A stretch of DNA of 64,000 nucleotides from an uncultured Bacilli bacterium (GCA_944332075.1 CALVJL010000001.1:217620-281619); one strand, 5' to 3'. Counted from the stretch's first letter, positions 39,045-49,469 are shown. Numbers and translations: made by a program. The notes: a model not told the origin generated them from the letters alone.

Positions 39045-40751
39045 TTATTCGTATAAGGCTAATTCGTAAATGGACCAGTAATTATTGCTCGCTTGGCCTA
39101 TTAAAGAGATTTTTAATTTTTTAATATTCATCTTTGTAAAAGAAATAAACTGAGAACCGATTTGTCCGTCATATTCACCTAATAAACGATAATTATCATT
39201 CTCACTAATTTTGCATTCGATTCTTAGTTTTCTGCCATAATCGCAGTCAGGCGAAAATAAGAAAATTTGACCGACATCATGGTATTTTTGGAAAGTAATC
39301 TCTAAATAACTGCTGCCATCAGAAGTCTGAGCTGCACCGTTGCTAAACCGCGTTTGATAATCTAAATCGCTTAAATTGCTAACTGGACTTAGATATTCTT
39401 CTTTTGAAGCAGCGATATCGTATAACGATGGAGATATTCTCTGATTTTCTAAAGGATTAATCGGGCCAGTTGATTGCTTGATTAAATCTTTTAAAAAGGC
39501 ATTCTCTTGGTAATAGCTAGTTTGATAATGGCTGAGTTTTTCTTTAATTGTTTCTAAAGAATCTTCTTGCCAGTTGACCGTTACCGCATCGGGAGCTAAA
39601 AATAATCCCCAATTATTAGAAAAATCGGTGTCGGTATTTTTATAAGTCCAGCTCGTCCACGCGATATTTAATGAATTTAAAGTATTCATAAACGTTAACC
39701 ACGCATCAGAAATAGGGAAGAAATTATATTCTCCAGCTAGTAAAGGAATGTTATAAGCTTTTTGATATTGTTTTAAGTATGTAATTTGTCCATTAGCGAA
39801 GCCAACTTGTCCATTATAAGAATGGTCGCTATCGTTATAATGATGCGTTTCATAAACAACATTTGTCCAGTTATAATCAAGAGGATTGCCAATATCATCA
39901 TAGGAATAAAACGCACCGATGACGATGATATGATCTTTGTCAATAGCTCTTACTGCATCATAAAGTAAATCGTACATTTCACCGCGGCTTAATAAAGTAT
40001 CCTCGCTCGGAACTGGTTCATTTAATAATCCATATCCCATCACTGCTTCTTCTCCGTTATAACGTTCAGCGATTGCTTTCCATATTTTAACGGTAAGCTT
40101 TTGGTATTCAGTATTAGTCCATAATTCATTTGACCCGGTTTGTCCGCCAGTTAACCAGCCATTGCTTTGTCCGCCAGGAGCACCGTGAAGATCAATAAGC
40201 GTATATATACCTCTTTTTTTACCTTCATTAATCGCCCAATCAAGATTTTCAAAAGCACTTTCTTTAATATTGCCTTCATCATCCATGAGCTCCATATAAT
40301 AAACAGGAATTCTAATTAAATTTAATCCTAAAGAAGCGATATAATCTAAGTCATCTTCAGTAAAATATATGCTTTGATAATAAGACATTATTTCTTCGTA
40401 TTCGGCATTTGAAAATCGATTTTTTAAAGCAGTTCTAACCGCATAATCGTTATTATCATTTCCTCCACCGTCCATCCAGCCTTCTAAATGTAACCATCCT
40501 CCGATATTGATTCCTTGTAAGGAAATAATCTCACCATCTTGATTAACATAATTTGTATCTTTAGCAATTAAAAAATCCTTGTCTTGAAGCATTTTATCAT
40601 CAAAGGAAGAGCTAGAAGAAATGGATGTTGAAGTAACTGAACTATCATTATTACTTACAAAAGAACTACTACTTGAAGGTATGTTATTTTGACAAGCGAA
40701 GAGAAGTGATACGCTTAAAAGCGACATTAATATATATTTTATCTTTTTCAT
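39045..40751 (-). CDS. Lipoprotein GH5 glucanase with C-terminal F5/8 (CBM32-like) module
   Basis: Lipobox LFA-C, Ser linker; GINIGGWLHLEGWM, LIDLHGAPGGQ, LLNEP (acid/base), LAGEY (nucleophile), WTSWTYK; C-terminal TRFSNG..Q and WSIYEL. Confidence 0.88.
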   Translation of the reverse strand: MKKIKYILMSLLSVSLLFACQNNIPSSSSSFVSNNDSSVTSTSISSSSSFDDKMLQDKDFLIAKDTNYVNQDGEIISLQGINIGGWLHLEGWMDGGGNDNNDYAVRTALKNRFSNAEYEEIMSYYQSIYFTEDDLDYIASLGLNLIRIPVYYMELMDDEGNIKESAFENLDWAINEGKKRGIYTLIDLHGAPGGQSNGWLTGGQTGSNELWTNTEYQKLTVKIWKAIAERYNGEEAVMGYGLLNEPVPSEDTLLSRGEMYDLLYDAVRAIDKDHIIVIGAFYSYDDIGNPLDYNWTNVVYETHHYNDSDHSYNGQVGFANGQITYLKQYQKAYNIPLLAGEYNFFPISDAWLTFMNTLNSLNIAWTSWTYKNTDTDFSNNWGLFLAPDAVTVNWQEDSLETIKEKLSHYQTSYYQENAFLKDLIKQSTGPINPLENQRISPSLYDIAASKEEYLSPVSNLSDLDYQTRFSNGAAQTSDGSSYLEITFQKYHDVGQIFLFSPDCDYGRKLRIECKISENDNYRLLGEYDGQIGSQFISFTKMNIKKLKISLIGQASNNYWSIYELALYE

Positions 40752-40769
40752 AAATCACCTACAAAAAGA

Positions 40770-40790
40770 GGAGTTAGATTAACTAACTCC
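40770..40790 (-). terminator. Intra-operon hairpin/terminator upstream of GH5
   Basis: Minus strand GGAGTTAG-ttaat-CTAACTCC followed by TCTTTTT. Confidence 0.65.
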
Positions 40791-40796
40791 CCTGAC

Positions 40797-41132
40797 TTAT
40801 CCTAACGGGACATAAGGCAAATCAACATTATCTTCATCATCAGATATAATAACGCTGCTAGATGAACCTGTGCTTTCTGAAGAGGATGGAGCACTAGAGC
40901 TACTTGATGAAGCTCCTGCGCTACTAGAAACAGAAATAGTTACACTAGAAGGTGAAGAAACACTAACAGACGCTGACGAAGTAACGCTATTTTGGGAGCT
41001 TGACGATGTTAATTCAGATTGACTAGTTGATAGAGGGTTAGATGAAGTAACTAAACTTGAATTCCCACCGCATGAAGCAATAAAGCCCAGTCCGGCCAGA
41101 GTTAAGACGCTAAATAATAGAATTTTTTTCAT
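40797..41132 (-). CDS. Small Ser-rich lipoprotein
   Basis: Lipobox IAS-C, almost entirely Ser/Thr linker, short acidic tail DDEDNVDLPYVPLG. Confidence 0.75.
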   Translation of the reverse strand: MKKILLFSVLTLAGLGFIASCGGNSSLVTSSNPLSTSQSELTSSSSQNSVTSSASVSVSSPSSVTISVSSSAGASSSSSSAPSSSESTGSSSSVIISDDEDNVDLPYVPLG

Positions 41133-41134
41133 AA

Positions 41135-41272
41135 TTAGAAAATATCTTTCTCATTTGGCCATATATCAAATTCGTCCCAGACACCTTCAATTGGTTCAGT
41201 AGAAGTCGCAATAATATCATCAAGACTAATTTGTTCAATTACAATTTTTGGTTCAATATAATTCTTTTTCAT
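41135..41272 (-). CDS. Unannotated 45-aa peptide with a YxxPxI leader-like N-terminus
   Basis: SD AGGAGG; MKKNYIEPKIVIEQISLDDIIATSTEPIEGVWDEFDIWPNEKDIF*; stop is 2 nt before the next ATG. Confidence 0.8.
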   Translation of the reverse strand: MKKNYIEPKIVIEQISLDDIIATSTEPIEGVWDEFDIWPNEKDIF

Positions 41273-41291
41273 TTTATTTGCCTCCTACTAA

Positions 41292-43964
41292 TTAATAGCT
41301 AAACGCTAAAACAGGTTCATGGAATCTAACATTTGACTTGAAACTAACATTACCGATTGTGACAAAAACTAAATCAGCATTTTCTGAGAATCTGCCATCA
41401 TTTAATCCTTCATTCAAGGTGCCGGATTCAAATGCACAATTTTTATCGCCACCATGTTCAAATAACATATCGTATAAAGTAATGTTACCTTCGCTATCGG
41501 TGTAAACGTAAATACCTTTAGCAATACAAGGATTTGCATTATTATCAATAAATCCTTTTGAATTATAAAGAGTAAATAATTTCAATGTTTCAGTTCCGCC
41601 AGACATATTGGTGAAATCAAGAGTTCTTGCTGCGTTGATACCGTCAAAAGTATATCCACCATCTTTTACTGAAATGCTAATTTCGCTAGCACCTTCAGCT
41701 AAAACACCAGCATAACTATTTTTAATCTTTAATGTAGTTGCAGATTCTTTATCTAAAGTAAGAGCAACATTACTTAAAGGTGATCCGGTATTATTTGAAG
41801 CAACAGGATATTGAGCATCGCCGACAATATCTAAAGTCGAACCTTTTAAAGTTAAATTAGTTCCTCCGGCAGCTAAAGCGTAACGGCCATAGGAAGCAAC
41901 TGTGATAGTTGAAGCGGCAGCTTCCATCTTTCCGTTTAAATAGAATCCATATCCAAATCCAGTAACAGTAATTTTTGAACCTTCTGCAGTGATATATCCA
42001 GCTGTTAAACCAGCTTTATCATTATCATAAACAGAGATTTCATTTTCAGTTTTAACATCAACTGTTGCATTAGTTAAAGTCAAGCCGCTTCCTGCTTGTC
42101 CAGCTGGAGATTCAACTTTAATGCCTTCAGCTTTTACATCGCCAATTTCGCCTTGTAAATCAACATCTGCTTCATTACGAGAATGAATAGTTGCTTGATA
42201 GTCAACATTTTCCATCACGGCATCACCATAGAATCTCGCACTGCCATCAACTGTTACTTTAGCTTTTTCTTCACTAGAAGATTTTAATGTGACAACTTGT
42301 TTTTCATTATTGCTATTGCCAACGTATAAGCTATACTCTAAATCTTCAATAGCTTCAGTATTATCACCAACTGTATGACGTCTGCCTTTTTCTGTAAAGG
42401 CTGCACCGGAAACTGTTAAACTGCCATCAACAACTAAATCAGCTGAAGAATTATAAACAAAGATTCCGCCATCAATAACTGCATCTTTTGCAAACGTAAT
42501 GGTATATTTATCTTCTTTATTATTATAAGTGATTGAATATAATTCACTATCTGCTTCTTGTAACGTATAAGGACTAAACTCTTTATCACCGATTTTTATA
42601 CCAGAAACGATGCTAACAGAAATATTTTGTCCGTTAAATGATAAGATACCTGTTTCATTAATCCAGTTAGGTCCATCAACTGTATCTTGATGGCTTAACT
42701 GAGAATTTTGAGTATAAGTGGTACCTTCTGATAATGAAGGAATTTCAGTTTGCTCAAAAACAAATTCATCGTATTTTTTGCCCATTAAGCCACTTTCAGT
42801 TTCGGTTGGTGAAACCAATAATGTATAATTTTGCATCTTAATTTCATCTTTATGCTCATAAGCAACGGCCGAAGCGCAGTAGTTCGTGGCAGCTTGATAA
42901 AGAGACAAATCAGCTTCTTCTAAATCATTATCTGACAAATTTTTCATATATGTACTAATTGAATAATGCAAAGTTTGTCCAAAAGAATATAAATCATCCG
43001 GTTTATCTAAAGTGTAGCATTGGAAAGTTAATGTAACTTCGGAAGTAAATTGAGCCGCGGTAATTGTATCAACAGATAATTCATATACATTACCATCTTG
43101 TCCGTTAACTGAGACTCCTTCTTGAACTGGATTACCGAATTCAACTTTTTCTGTCACATATTGATTATCACCAATAGTTGTTGTCAAGCGTAATCCGTGG
43201 GTAGTTGCAAGCATTGAAACCCAGTTATTAGCAATGAAAACGCGGAATTTTAAAACTAAGCTGTCAGCAAAAACAACATTACCTCCGAGCCAAGCAATAT
43301 CTGGAGAACTTTCTCCATCAACTAAATATTTAGATGTTAATGAAGAAGTATCGATTGTATTACCGTTTTCTGTTAATCCAAATTCTTCAAGTAAATCAGA
43401 TGCTAACGTATCTGTTTTATGTCCGGTTTTAACTTGAGCAGCCGCGGCATAAGATAATGTATCAGCAGCGATATCTTTTAAATATTCATCATCATTTTCA
43501 GCAACGACTTTTCCTAAATAATCAGCAACTGAAGTGGTAAGAGTTTGATCAGCAACGCTGATTTCCATCTCATCAATAACGCATTGAGGAGTAATTTTGT
43601 CTAAAACATATTTGTATCCGCCTAAGGATTCATCATATGTTCCTTCAATTGTTCTCATTTCTAATGTTTCAACAAATTTTACAGTCATAGAAGGAGCAGT
43701 TTCTTGCTGTCCAACTTTATAGACAAAATTCATCTTTAAATCGTGTGAAAGCGTTAAAGATCCATCAATAAGACTTGTTTGATTGTCAGCTCTTCTTAAA
43801 TTAGTCGCTGGCATTGTTACATCAATAACGGTTTTTTCTTCGCTAACCTGACTAATGTCATCATGAGATAAAGAAGGCAGTACATTATAAGATGATGCGA
43901 TTCCTATTCCCCCACATAACATCGCAAGTAAAGCAACATTAACTAGTAAATTTCTTTTTTTCAT
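41292..43964 (-). CDS. Large secreted protein: tandem N-terminal domains plus probable beta-helix
   Basis: Signal peptide; two similar units; Gly/Ala/Thr-rich stacked-strand C-terminal half; SD AGGAGG. Confidence 0.75.
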   Translation of the reverse strand: MKKRNLLVNVALLAMLCGGIGIASSYNVLPSLSHDDISQVSEEKTVIDVTMPATNLRRADNQTSLIDGSLTLSHDLKMNFVYKVGQQETAPSMTVKFVETLEMRTIEGTYDESLGGYKYVLDKITPQCVIDEMEISVADQTLTTSVADYLGKVVAENDDEYLKDIAADTLSYAAAAQVKTGHKTDTLASDLLEEFGLTENGNTIDTSSLTSKYLVDGESSPDIAWLGGNVVFADSLVLKFRVFIANNWVSMLATTHGLRLTTTIGDNQYVTEKVEFGNPVQEGVSVNGQDGNVYELSVDTITAAQFTSEVTLTFQCYTLDKPDDLYSFGQTLHYSISTYMKNLSDNDLEEADLSLYQAATNYCASAVAYEHKDEIKMQNYTLLVSPTETESGLMGKKYDEFVFEQTEIPSLSEGTTYTQNSQLSHQDTVDGPNWINETGILSFNGQNISVSIVSGIKIGDKEFSPYTLQEADSELYSITYNNKEDKYTITFAKDAVIDGGIFVYNSSADLVVDGSLTVSGAAFTEKGRRHTVGDNTEAIEDLEYSLYVGNSNNEKQVVTLKSSSEEKAKVTVDGSARFYGDAVMENVDYQATIHSRNEADVDLQGEIGDVKAEGIKVESPAGQAGSGLTLTNATVDVKTENEISVYDNDKAGLTAGYITAEGSKITVTGFGYGFYLNGKMEAAASTITVASYGRYALAAGGTNLTLKGSTLDIVGDAQYPVASNNTGSPLSNVALTLDKESATTLKIKNSYAGVLAEGASEISISVKDGGYTFDGINAARTLDFTNMSGGTETLKLFTLYNSKGFIDNNANPCIAKGIYVYTDSEGNITLYDMLFEHGGDKNCAFESGTLNEGLNDGRFSENADLVFVTIGNVSFKSNVRFHEPVLAFSY

Positions 43965-43979
43965 AATACCCTCCTTTTT

Positions 43980-44648
43980 CTAGTAAGTGCTGTAATGCGC
44001 AAAGGTATCGAGAATATCTTTATAAAAAATATTGTCGGTAACTGTATTACTTTCATTTTCGTTTTGAGCTTGAGTTACAATCACTTTTCTCGCGCAGACA
44101 TATTGATCATAGACATAATCTGGGTCCGCGCTTAATAAAGAAAAGTCATAGACAGCGTCAGCTTGGGCATGCATCGTCCAACTGCCAAGATTTGCCGTAT
44201 TAGCCGAAATATCTGAGCCGAAAATCTGTTCGCTTCCAGATGTCGGATTAGATAATGAGACAATATATTTTCCATTTTCTTCATCTAAATAGTTATAGGT
44301 AAAGGTGCCGGAAATATCGACTGATAATCTCGCGACTTCAAGATTTCCCCAGTCGCCTGGATTGCCTAAGATGATGGAATATTGATAGTTATAGGTATAG
44401 TCTCTTGATAAGACTAGTCTTTGGTCAATTCGATAAAGAATATTTTGATTAACGGTCATATCTCTTTGAGGATAAATCGAACAATAGAGATAGTCGCCAT
44501 CTTGAATTTCTTTTTTAAACTGCGTCGTAATCGCATCGTTATAAGTAAAGGTACCCCGTAAGGCGCTTTCTTTAACGATTTCCTGCTGTCCTTGGCAAGA
44601 TGCGAAAACCAATAGAGCTAAAGATAAAGTTAATATTTTCTTTTTCAT
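43980..44648 (-). CDS. Lipoprotein, unknown function
   Basis: SD GGAGG before MKKKILTLSLALLVFAS-C at 44648. Confidence 0.8.
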   Translation of the reverse strand: MKKKILTLSLALLVFASCQGQQEIVKESALRGTFTYNDAITTQFKKEIQDGDYLYCSIYPQRDMTVNQNILYRIDQRLVLSRDYTYNYQYSIILGNPGDWGNLEVARLSVDISGTFTYNYLDEENGKYIVSLSNPTSGSEQIFGSDISANTANLGSWTMHAQADAVYDFSLLSADPDYVYDQYVCARKVIVTQAQNENESNTVTDNIFYKDILDTFAHYSTY

Positions 44649-44653
44649 CGTGA

Positions 44654-45658
44654 TTACCTCCAGTTCAAAATCGGTAAGTGCCAAGCCGAACCAAGTGCAT
44701 AGAACGTGCAGCCGTTAACTTTAACTTGGTAAGCATCTCCGTCATAAACACCTTCGCTATTGGTGTAGCCTTGCATATCGACCAATCCCTGATTAAACTG
44801 ACTAGATTTAAATGTCGATTGATAATATGCCGGATTATAAGCATAAGCAAAATTAAATCTCGTCTCGTTGCCGTTTCCGTCATTGAAGACATAAATTCCT
44901 TCAACTTCAATTGGTTCAGTGATATTAGCATTAAAATTATTTGATGATTTAGTAACGTATAGAGTTAAAGTTTCTTTTCCTCCATCAGCGTTAATGAAAT
45001 CAAGAATTCGATCTTCGTTATCAACTAATGCATTAGGATCAGATGTAAAGTTAAATGAATAAGATAATGGCCCGGCTAACAAGGAAATCTTTCCTTGATA
45101 GAAGGTTTCATGTTTACCAGGAGTGACAGAAATCGAATAGTAATAATCCGGTAAAACAATAACTGTATCATCGATATTTGGATATTCCACCGGCTTAGTA
45201 AATTCTGTAGCCGCGCCGCTTAGTTCAGCCCAGACCAACATTCCTGATGTATCCCATTCTCCACTAGAATTTTGATATATTTCATCATTTCTAACATCAA
45301 TATGTCTAACCATATAGACTTCTACAGGATAATAAGCATTGTAAATTTTATTTCCTTCAGTAAAGGTATAGGTAACCATCTTACTGCCGGCATTTGAGAA
45401 ATCATTAGTAATTGTATATTCATCTGGATTTAATGTTTTGCCGTCAACAATAAAATTAATACCAGTCGGATTAAATTCTTCGCCGATAAGATATTCAGTC
45501 CGCGCGGCAGGTGAAACTTCTAATTCTCCGCTTAGATAGGTAACTTCATCTGAGGAATTTAACCCGGCCCAGCTAAGAAGTGATGCGCATAAAATAACAG
45601 TAACTCCCGCGGAAACAGAATAGATAATCTTGCTAGTTTTAGAACTCATATTGCTCAC
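44654..45658 (-). CDS. Anchored protein with a bacterial Ig-like domain
   Basis: N-terminal hydrophobic helix; RTEYLIGEEFNPTGI Ig-like motif. Confidence 0.7.
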   Translation of the reverse strand: MSNMSSKTSKIIYSVSAGVTVILCASLLSWAGLNSSDEVTYLSGELEVSPAARTEYLIGEEFNPTGINFIVDGKTLNPDEYTITNDFSNAGSKMVTYTFTEGNKIYNAYYPVEVYMVRHIDVRNDEIYQNSSGEWDTSGMLVWAELSGAATEFTKPVEYPNIDDTVIVLPDYYYSISVTPGKHETFYQGKISLLAGPLSYSFNFTSDPNALVDNEDRILDFINADGGKETLTLYVTKSSNNFNANITEPIEVEGIYVFNDGNGNETRFNFAYAYNPAYYQSTFKSSQFNQGLVDMQGYTNSEGVYDGDAYQVKVNGCTFYALGSAWHLPILNWR

Positions 45659-46106
45659 CTTCTTTCTTTTTAATCATTGGGAAGAAGGCAGCAATAACTG
45701 TTAAAATTACAGCGATAACGTAACAGCCCACTCCGACAAAGCAAAGAGGTACGCCTTTTGCATATGTTTCCATATCACCCATATTTACGGTAAAGAGAAT
45801 GCCGATTGGTGATAAACATGGTATCAAGAAATAAGCAAAGGAAATCATTAAAGCAAAGACATTTATTACATAGAAGATACTGACTAAACGCGGACGATCC
45901 CCGGCAAGGAAACCATTGATTAATAGAAATAATGTTCCGTATATCGCAATAATAGTCAAAGCGATAACAAACTTATCATAGCTATATGAAAAAGTATTGA
46001 AGGTTAGGAAGAAATAGATAAAACCGACTATGGTCAAAATTAACGATGCGAGCAATAAATAGAATCCTGCTCCCATACTTTTTAATCTATTGAGCATGCT
46101 CATCAC
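45639..46106 (-). CDS. Small 4-TM membrane protein coupled to GH3
   Basis: Overlaps the GH3 stop; four hydrophobic segments. Confidence 0.8.
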   Translation of the reverse strand: MMSMLNRLKSMGAGFYLLLASLILTIVGFIYFFLTFNTFSYSYDKFVIALTIIAIYGTLFLLINGFLAGDRPRLVSIFYVINVFALMISFAYFLIPCLSPIGILFTVNMGDMETYAKGVPLCFVGVGCYVIAVILTVIAAFFPMIKKKEGEQYEF

Positions 46107-49100
46107 CTCCTTGAGAGACTTCAGTTTCTAAATTGTCTTTCTTCTTATAGAAGGTAAAGAAAACAATTCCGCCAATTGTGGCTAAAGCTAAACCGCCAAA
46201 GCCAGATGATAAGCCGATTAACATATATTCCCAGCTCGATCTTTGATCAGCGACGATAACTGTATCAGCATCATAACCATTTAAAGCTGAAGAATTTGCT
46301 AAGGCATACATGTAGTAATGCATATTTTCATATAAGGCTTTGCAGAGGTTAGGATCATTTCTAACTTTATTTTTATCGTTATAATCAGGCCAGCTATTCT
46401 TTAAGAGATTTTCAGCATTACTTGTCGCCATGAAGGTAACGTTATTAATAATTGAATCTTGAGGGTTAAAGAAACGTCCGCCGACGACCATATCGGTAGA
46501 AATTAATCCTTTATAGCCCCATTCTCCTCTTAGAATATTTTTCATTAAACCAGTATGAGCATTCACGCCGCAGCAACCGATTCTTGAGAACGATGTCATT
46601 AAGCCTAAAGCATTGATTTCATTGCCTTCATCGTTAACGTATTCAACATCTTCGGCTAAGCCTTGGAACGCTCTTAATTCCATTTCACGAGCTGACTGCT
46701 CTTCCATAAACTGAGTTAAACCTTCACGGTAGGATTCTTGAGTATTGAAAGCGAAGTGCTTTGCCGCTAAAATCATACCTTTAGATAATCCGCCGCGAAC
46801 AAAAGCTGTTCCTAAAATATTAGTTAACATTGGATCTTCTGAATAATATTCATGGTTACGGGAATTAAATGGTGTCCGGTGTAAATTCATTCCTGGAGCC
46901 CACTGGATTTGGTTACGGCTCCAAATTCCATCTTCACCATAAATCTTGCCTTCTTCTTCAATTAAATCTTGATCAAAAGTAGCAGCAACTAATGGTTCAA
47001 CTGGCATATCGCAGGACATATAGTTAGCATTAGGATCGTTTTTCGAAATTGAAAGATATCCTGAGGTTGGAGCTTTATTAGAAACAGATCTTGTAACATT
47101 GCCGTTAGGTCCATCAATTTGCCATACTTCAGGAGCGTTTACGGATTTAAAAGGTTTACAAGAAGTTCCGCCATAAGGTGAGAATTGCCAAGCTTCATCA
47201 AAAGTGATTTGCTCTAATAGATAATCCCATTCTTCATCATCATAGGCTTTGCCTTTGTATTCGGCGATTGATTTATTTTCTAATGGGTTGCCATCAGCAT
47301 CTTCATCAAGAGAATGATCAACGCCGAAATTAACACCCGATGAGCCTCCGCTAGTGAAGGAATAAACTCTTCCGCCATTGCTATCGTCTGTTCCGAGGTA
47401 TTTTCTCATCTCTTCAGTGATTTCTATTTCACTTGTATAAGAAATCGGGAAAGTATCTTTCCAGTTATTACGAGATAAATAGGTAACAGTATTATTTTTA
47501 AAATAGTTATAATCAGCATCTTCAAGTTGATTTTCAGTTATAACTCCTTCTTCCGAAGTATTTAATAAAGTCGCATTGACTGAATCGACAAAACTTCCGC
47601 CATCTTGTGAAGTTAATCCTGCTTCAAGAGCTGGATTCCAGCTCATCGCTAAAGCAGTATCAATTGTTTGATTATCAAAGGAATATAATTTATCAACCGA
47701 CGATGGATTTTTAATAGCTAAAACATTATTTAAAGCTTGGTGAGCACCATTTCCAATAGAGAAATAGTAATCGCCGTCTTCTAAAATATATCCGCCGGTT
47801 TTTCCATCATGCTCAGCAGTTTTATCATATGAAGCAAAATATTTTAAATCAGCTTTTAAAGTTACAACTTCACTATTAGGCTTTTCTTCTGATGCTTCAG
47901 AAAGAGGATAAAGAGTTTGGGTTTTATCAAAAGTGATTAATTGAATCGCGCTTTTTTCAACGCCGTGATCAATATCATATTGAGTATATGGTGAAGAGAC
48001 ATAAAGCTGAACCGCATCCTTAGCAGCATAATCACCGACATTAGTGACTTTGACATTAAACGTTAAAGATTTATCTTCAGGATCATAGCTATACATCGCC
48101 CCATTTTCATCAGCGACAAATTCATATGAAAATTCGCTGTAGCTTAAACCATATCCAAAAGGATAGACTACTTCATTTTCATATTTCCAAGATTGATTAT
48201 CGCCCTCTCTACCTGAGCCAACGATATCTTGAGCATTACCTCTATTTTCAATTACATCATTATAACGGGTTTCGTAGTAATAATAACCGGTATAAATATC
48301 TTCTGCTAAAACGACATAGTGATAATTATCGGCATGTTTATACACTCCGCCAAACTCATCAGCGTTTTCCCAAACAAAATCACCAGAACCATCAACTGCA
48401 CTAACACCATAGTTTTGAGCAGCTGGTGAAGCTGAAGCATCGACAGCATAGGTATCTGGTAAATGTCCAGAAGGTGAAGTTTTGCCGGATATTATATCCG
48501 CTACACCATTCATTCCATATGAACCAGGAATACCAATCCACATTACCGATGAAACTAAATCACCTAATTCATTGCCGTCTCTTAATTCAGAAATTTCCAT
48601 TGCAACTGCTGAATTAACTAAAACGATAACATTATCAGAAATTTGTTTAGCTTGACGAATTAAATTTCTTTCATTATCTGATAAATTTAATGATGACTTT
48701 GATCCATCGCTTTTATCAGCAATTCCGTTTTGACCAGGGAAATATTCTCTTCCTTCGCCGGAAGCCCGACCAATTACGACAATCGCGGCATCACTATATT
48801 GATCAGTATTTTCAAAATCGCTTGCTTCCACATAAGGCTCATTAATTGAAAATGGTCCCCCTTGTTGACCATTAGCCTCGGACCCAGATGGTAAAGAAGG
48901 ATAATTTAAATTAGAATAAACATTTTTTGATGATGGGTTAACTTCAATTCCTCTGCTAGTTAAAGCATCTTCTAAAGTAATAGGAACATTATAAGTACCA
49001 TCTTCAACAGTTACTGTTTGCTGACGAATCGGACTGCCGACGATACCTCCATATGTCGCTAAGGAAGTATCTCTTAATGTTCCCGAGCTAGTATAAGTAA

Positions 49101-49431
49101 AAGCTCGTGAACCGAGGATGGTTACTTTCTTATTGCCTCCTGCTAACGGCAAAGAATCATTTTTGTTTTTGAGTAAAACACTTCCATCAGCAGCAAGCTG
49201 TTCAGCTATTTGTTTCCGGTGAGTATAAAGTTCTGTTGTACTTTCATATTCGCTTGGGAACTTATAAGTAGCTGACCCCCCCCCGGCTGCAGAATTGTTC
49301 ACTCCGAAGACTCCATCGACCATTGACTTATAATCAGATGATGAGGTTGCAATTAACTCCAATGTCAAAAACAACGCACTGAAGAAAGACAAAGATACGC
49401 AGAGTCCCCTTAATAGTCTTTTTTTATTCAT
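46087..49431 (-). CDS. Membrane-anchored GH3 beta-glucosidase (GH3_C - Fn3 - GH3_N order)
   Basis: GSVLLKNKNDSLPL, EDIYTGYYYYET, YPFGYGLSYS, AKHFAFNTQE, RAFQG, LMTSFSRIG, ISTDMV; C-terminal TM; start MNKKRLL at 49431 with SD GGAGG. Confidence 0.92.
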   Translation of the reverse strand: MNKKRLLRGLCVSLSFFSALFLTLELIATSSSDYKSMVDGVFGVNNSAAGGGSATYKFPSEYESTTELYTHRKQIAEQLAADGSVLLKNKNDSLPLAGGNKKVTILGSRAFTYTSSGTLRDTSLATYGGIVGSPIRQQTVTVEDGTYNVPITLEDALTSRGIEVNPSSKNVYSNLNYPSLPSGSEANGQQGGPFSINEPYVEASDFENTDQYSDAAIVVIGRASGEGREYFPGQNGIADKSDGSKSSLNLSDNERNLIRQAKQISDNVIVLVNSAVAMEISELRDGNELGDLVSSVMWIGIPGSYGMNGVADIISGKTSPSGHLPDTYAVDASASPAAQNYGVSAVDGSGDFVWENADEFGGVYKHADNYHYVVLAEDIYTGYYYYETRYNDVIENRGNAQDIVGSGREGDNQSWKYENEVVYPFGYGLSYSEFSYEFVADENGAMYSYDPEDKSLTFNVKVTNVGDYAAKDAVQLYVSSPYTQYDIDHGVEKSAIQLITFDKTQTLYPLSEASEEKPNSEVVTLKADLKYFASYDKTAEHDGKTGGYILEDGDYYFSIGNGAHQALNNVLAIKNPSSVDKLYSFDNQTIDTALAMSWNPALEAGLTSQDGGSFVDSVNATLLNTSEEGVITENQLEDADYNYFKNNTVTYLSRNNWKDTFPISYTSEIEITEEMRKYLGTDDSNGGRVYSFTSGGSSGVNFGVDHSLDEDADGNPLENKSIAEYKGKAYDDEEWDYLLEQITFDEAWQFSPYGGTSCKPFKSVNAPEVWQIDGPNGNVTRSVSNKAPTSGYLSISKNDPNANYMSCDMPVEPLVAATFDQDLIEEEGKIYGEDGIWSRNQIQWAPGMNLHRTPFNSRNHEYYSEDPMLTNILGTAFVRGGLSKGMILAAKHFAFNTQESYREGLTQFMEEQSAREMELRAFQGLAEDVEYVNDEGNEINALGLMTSFSRIGCCGVNAHTGLMKNILRGEWGYKGLISTDMVVGGRFFNPQDSIINNVTFMATSNAENLLKNSWPDYNDKNKVRNDPNLCKALYENMHYYMYALANSSALNGYDADTVIVADQRSSWEYMLIGLSSGFGGLALATIGGIVFFTFYKKKDNLETEVSQGGDEHAQ

Positions 49432-49469
49432 GACTAGGGTGTCCTCCATTTGATAAAAATATTATAAGC

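Noticed and set aside
41135-41272. Lasso-peptide cluster
   Set aside because: No cyclase, peptidase, RRE or exporter gene nearby, and no clear Thr(-2)/Gly(+1) core junction; kept only as a leader-like peptide.
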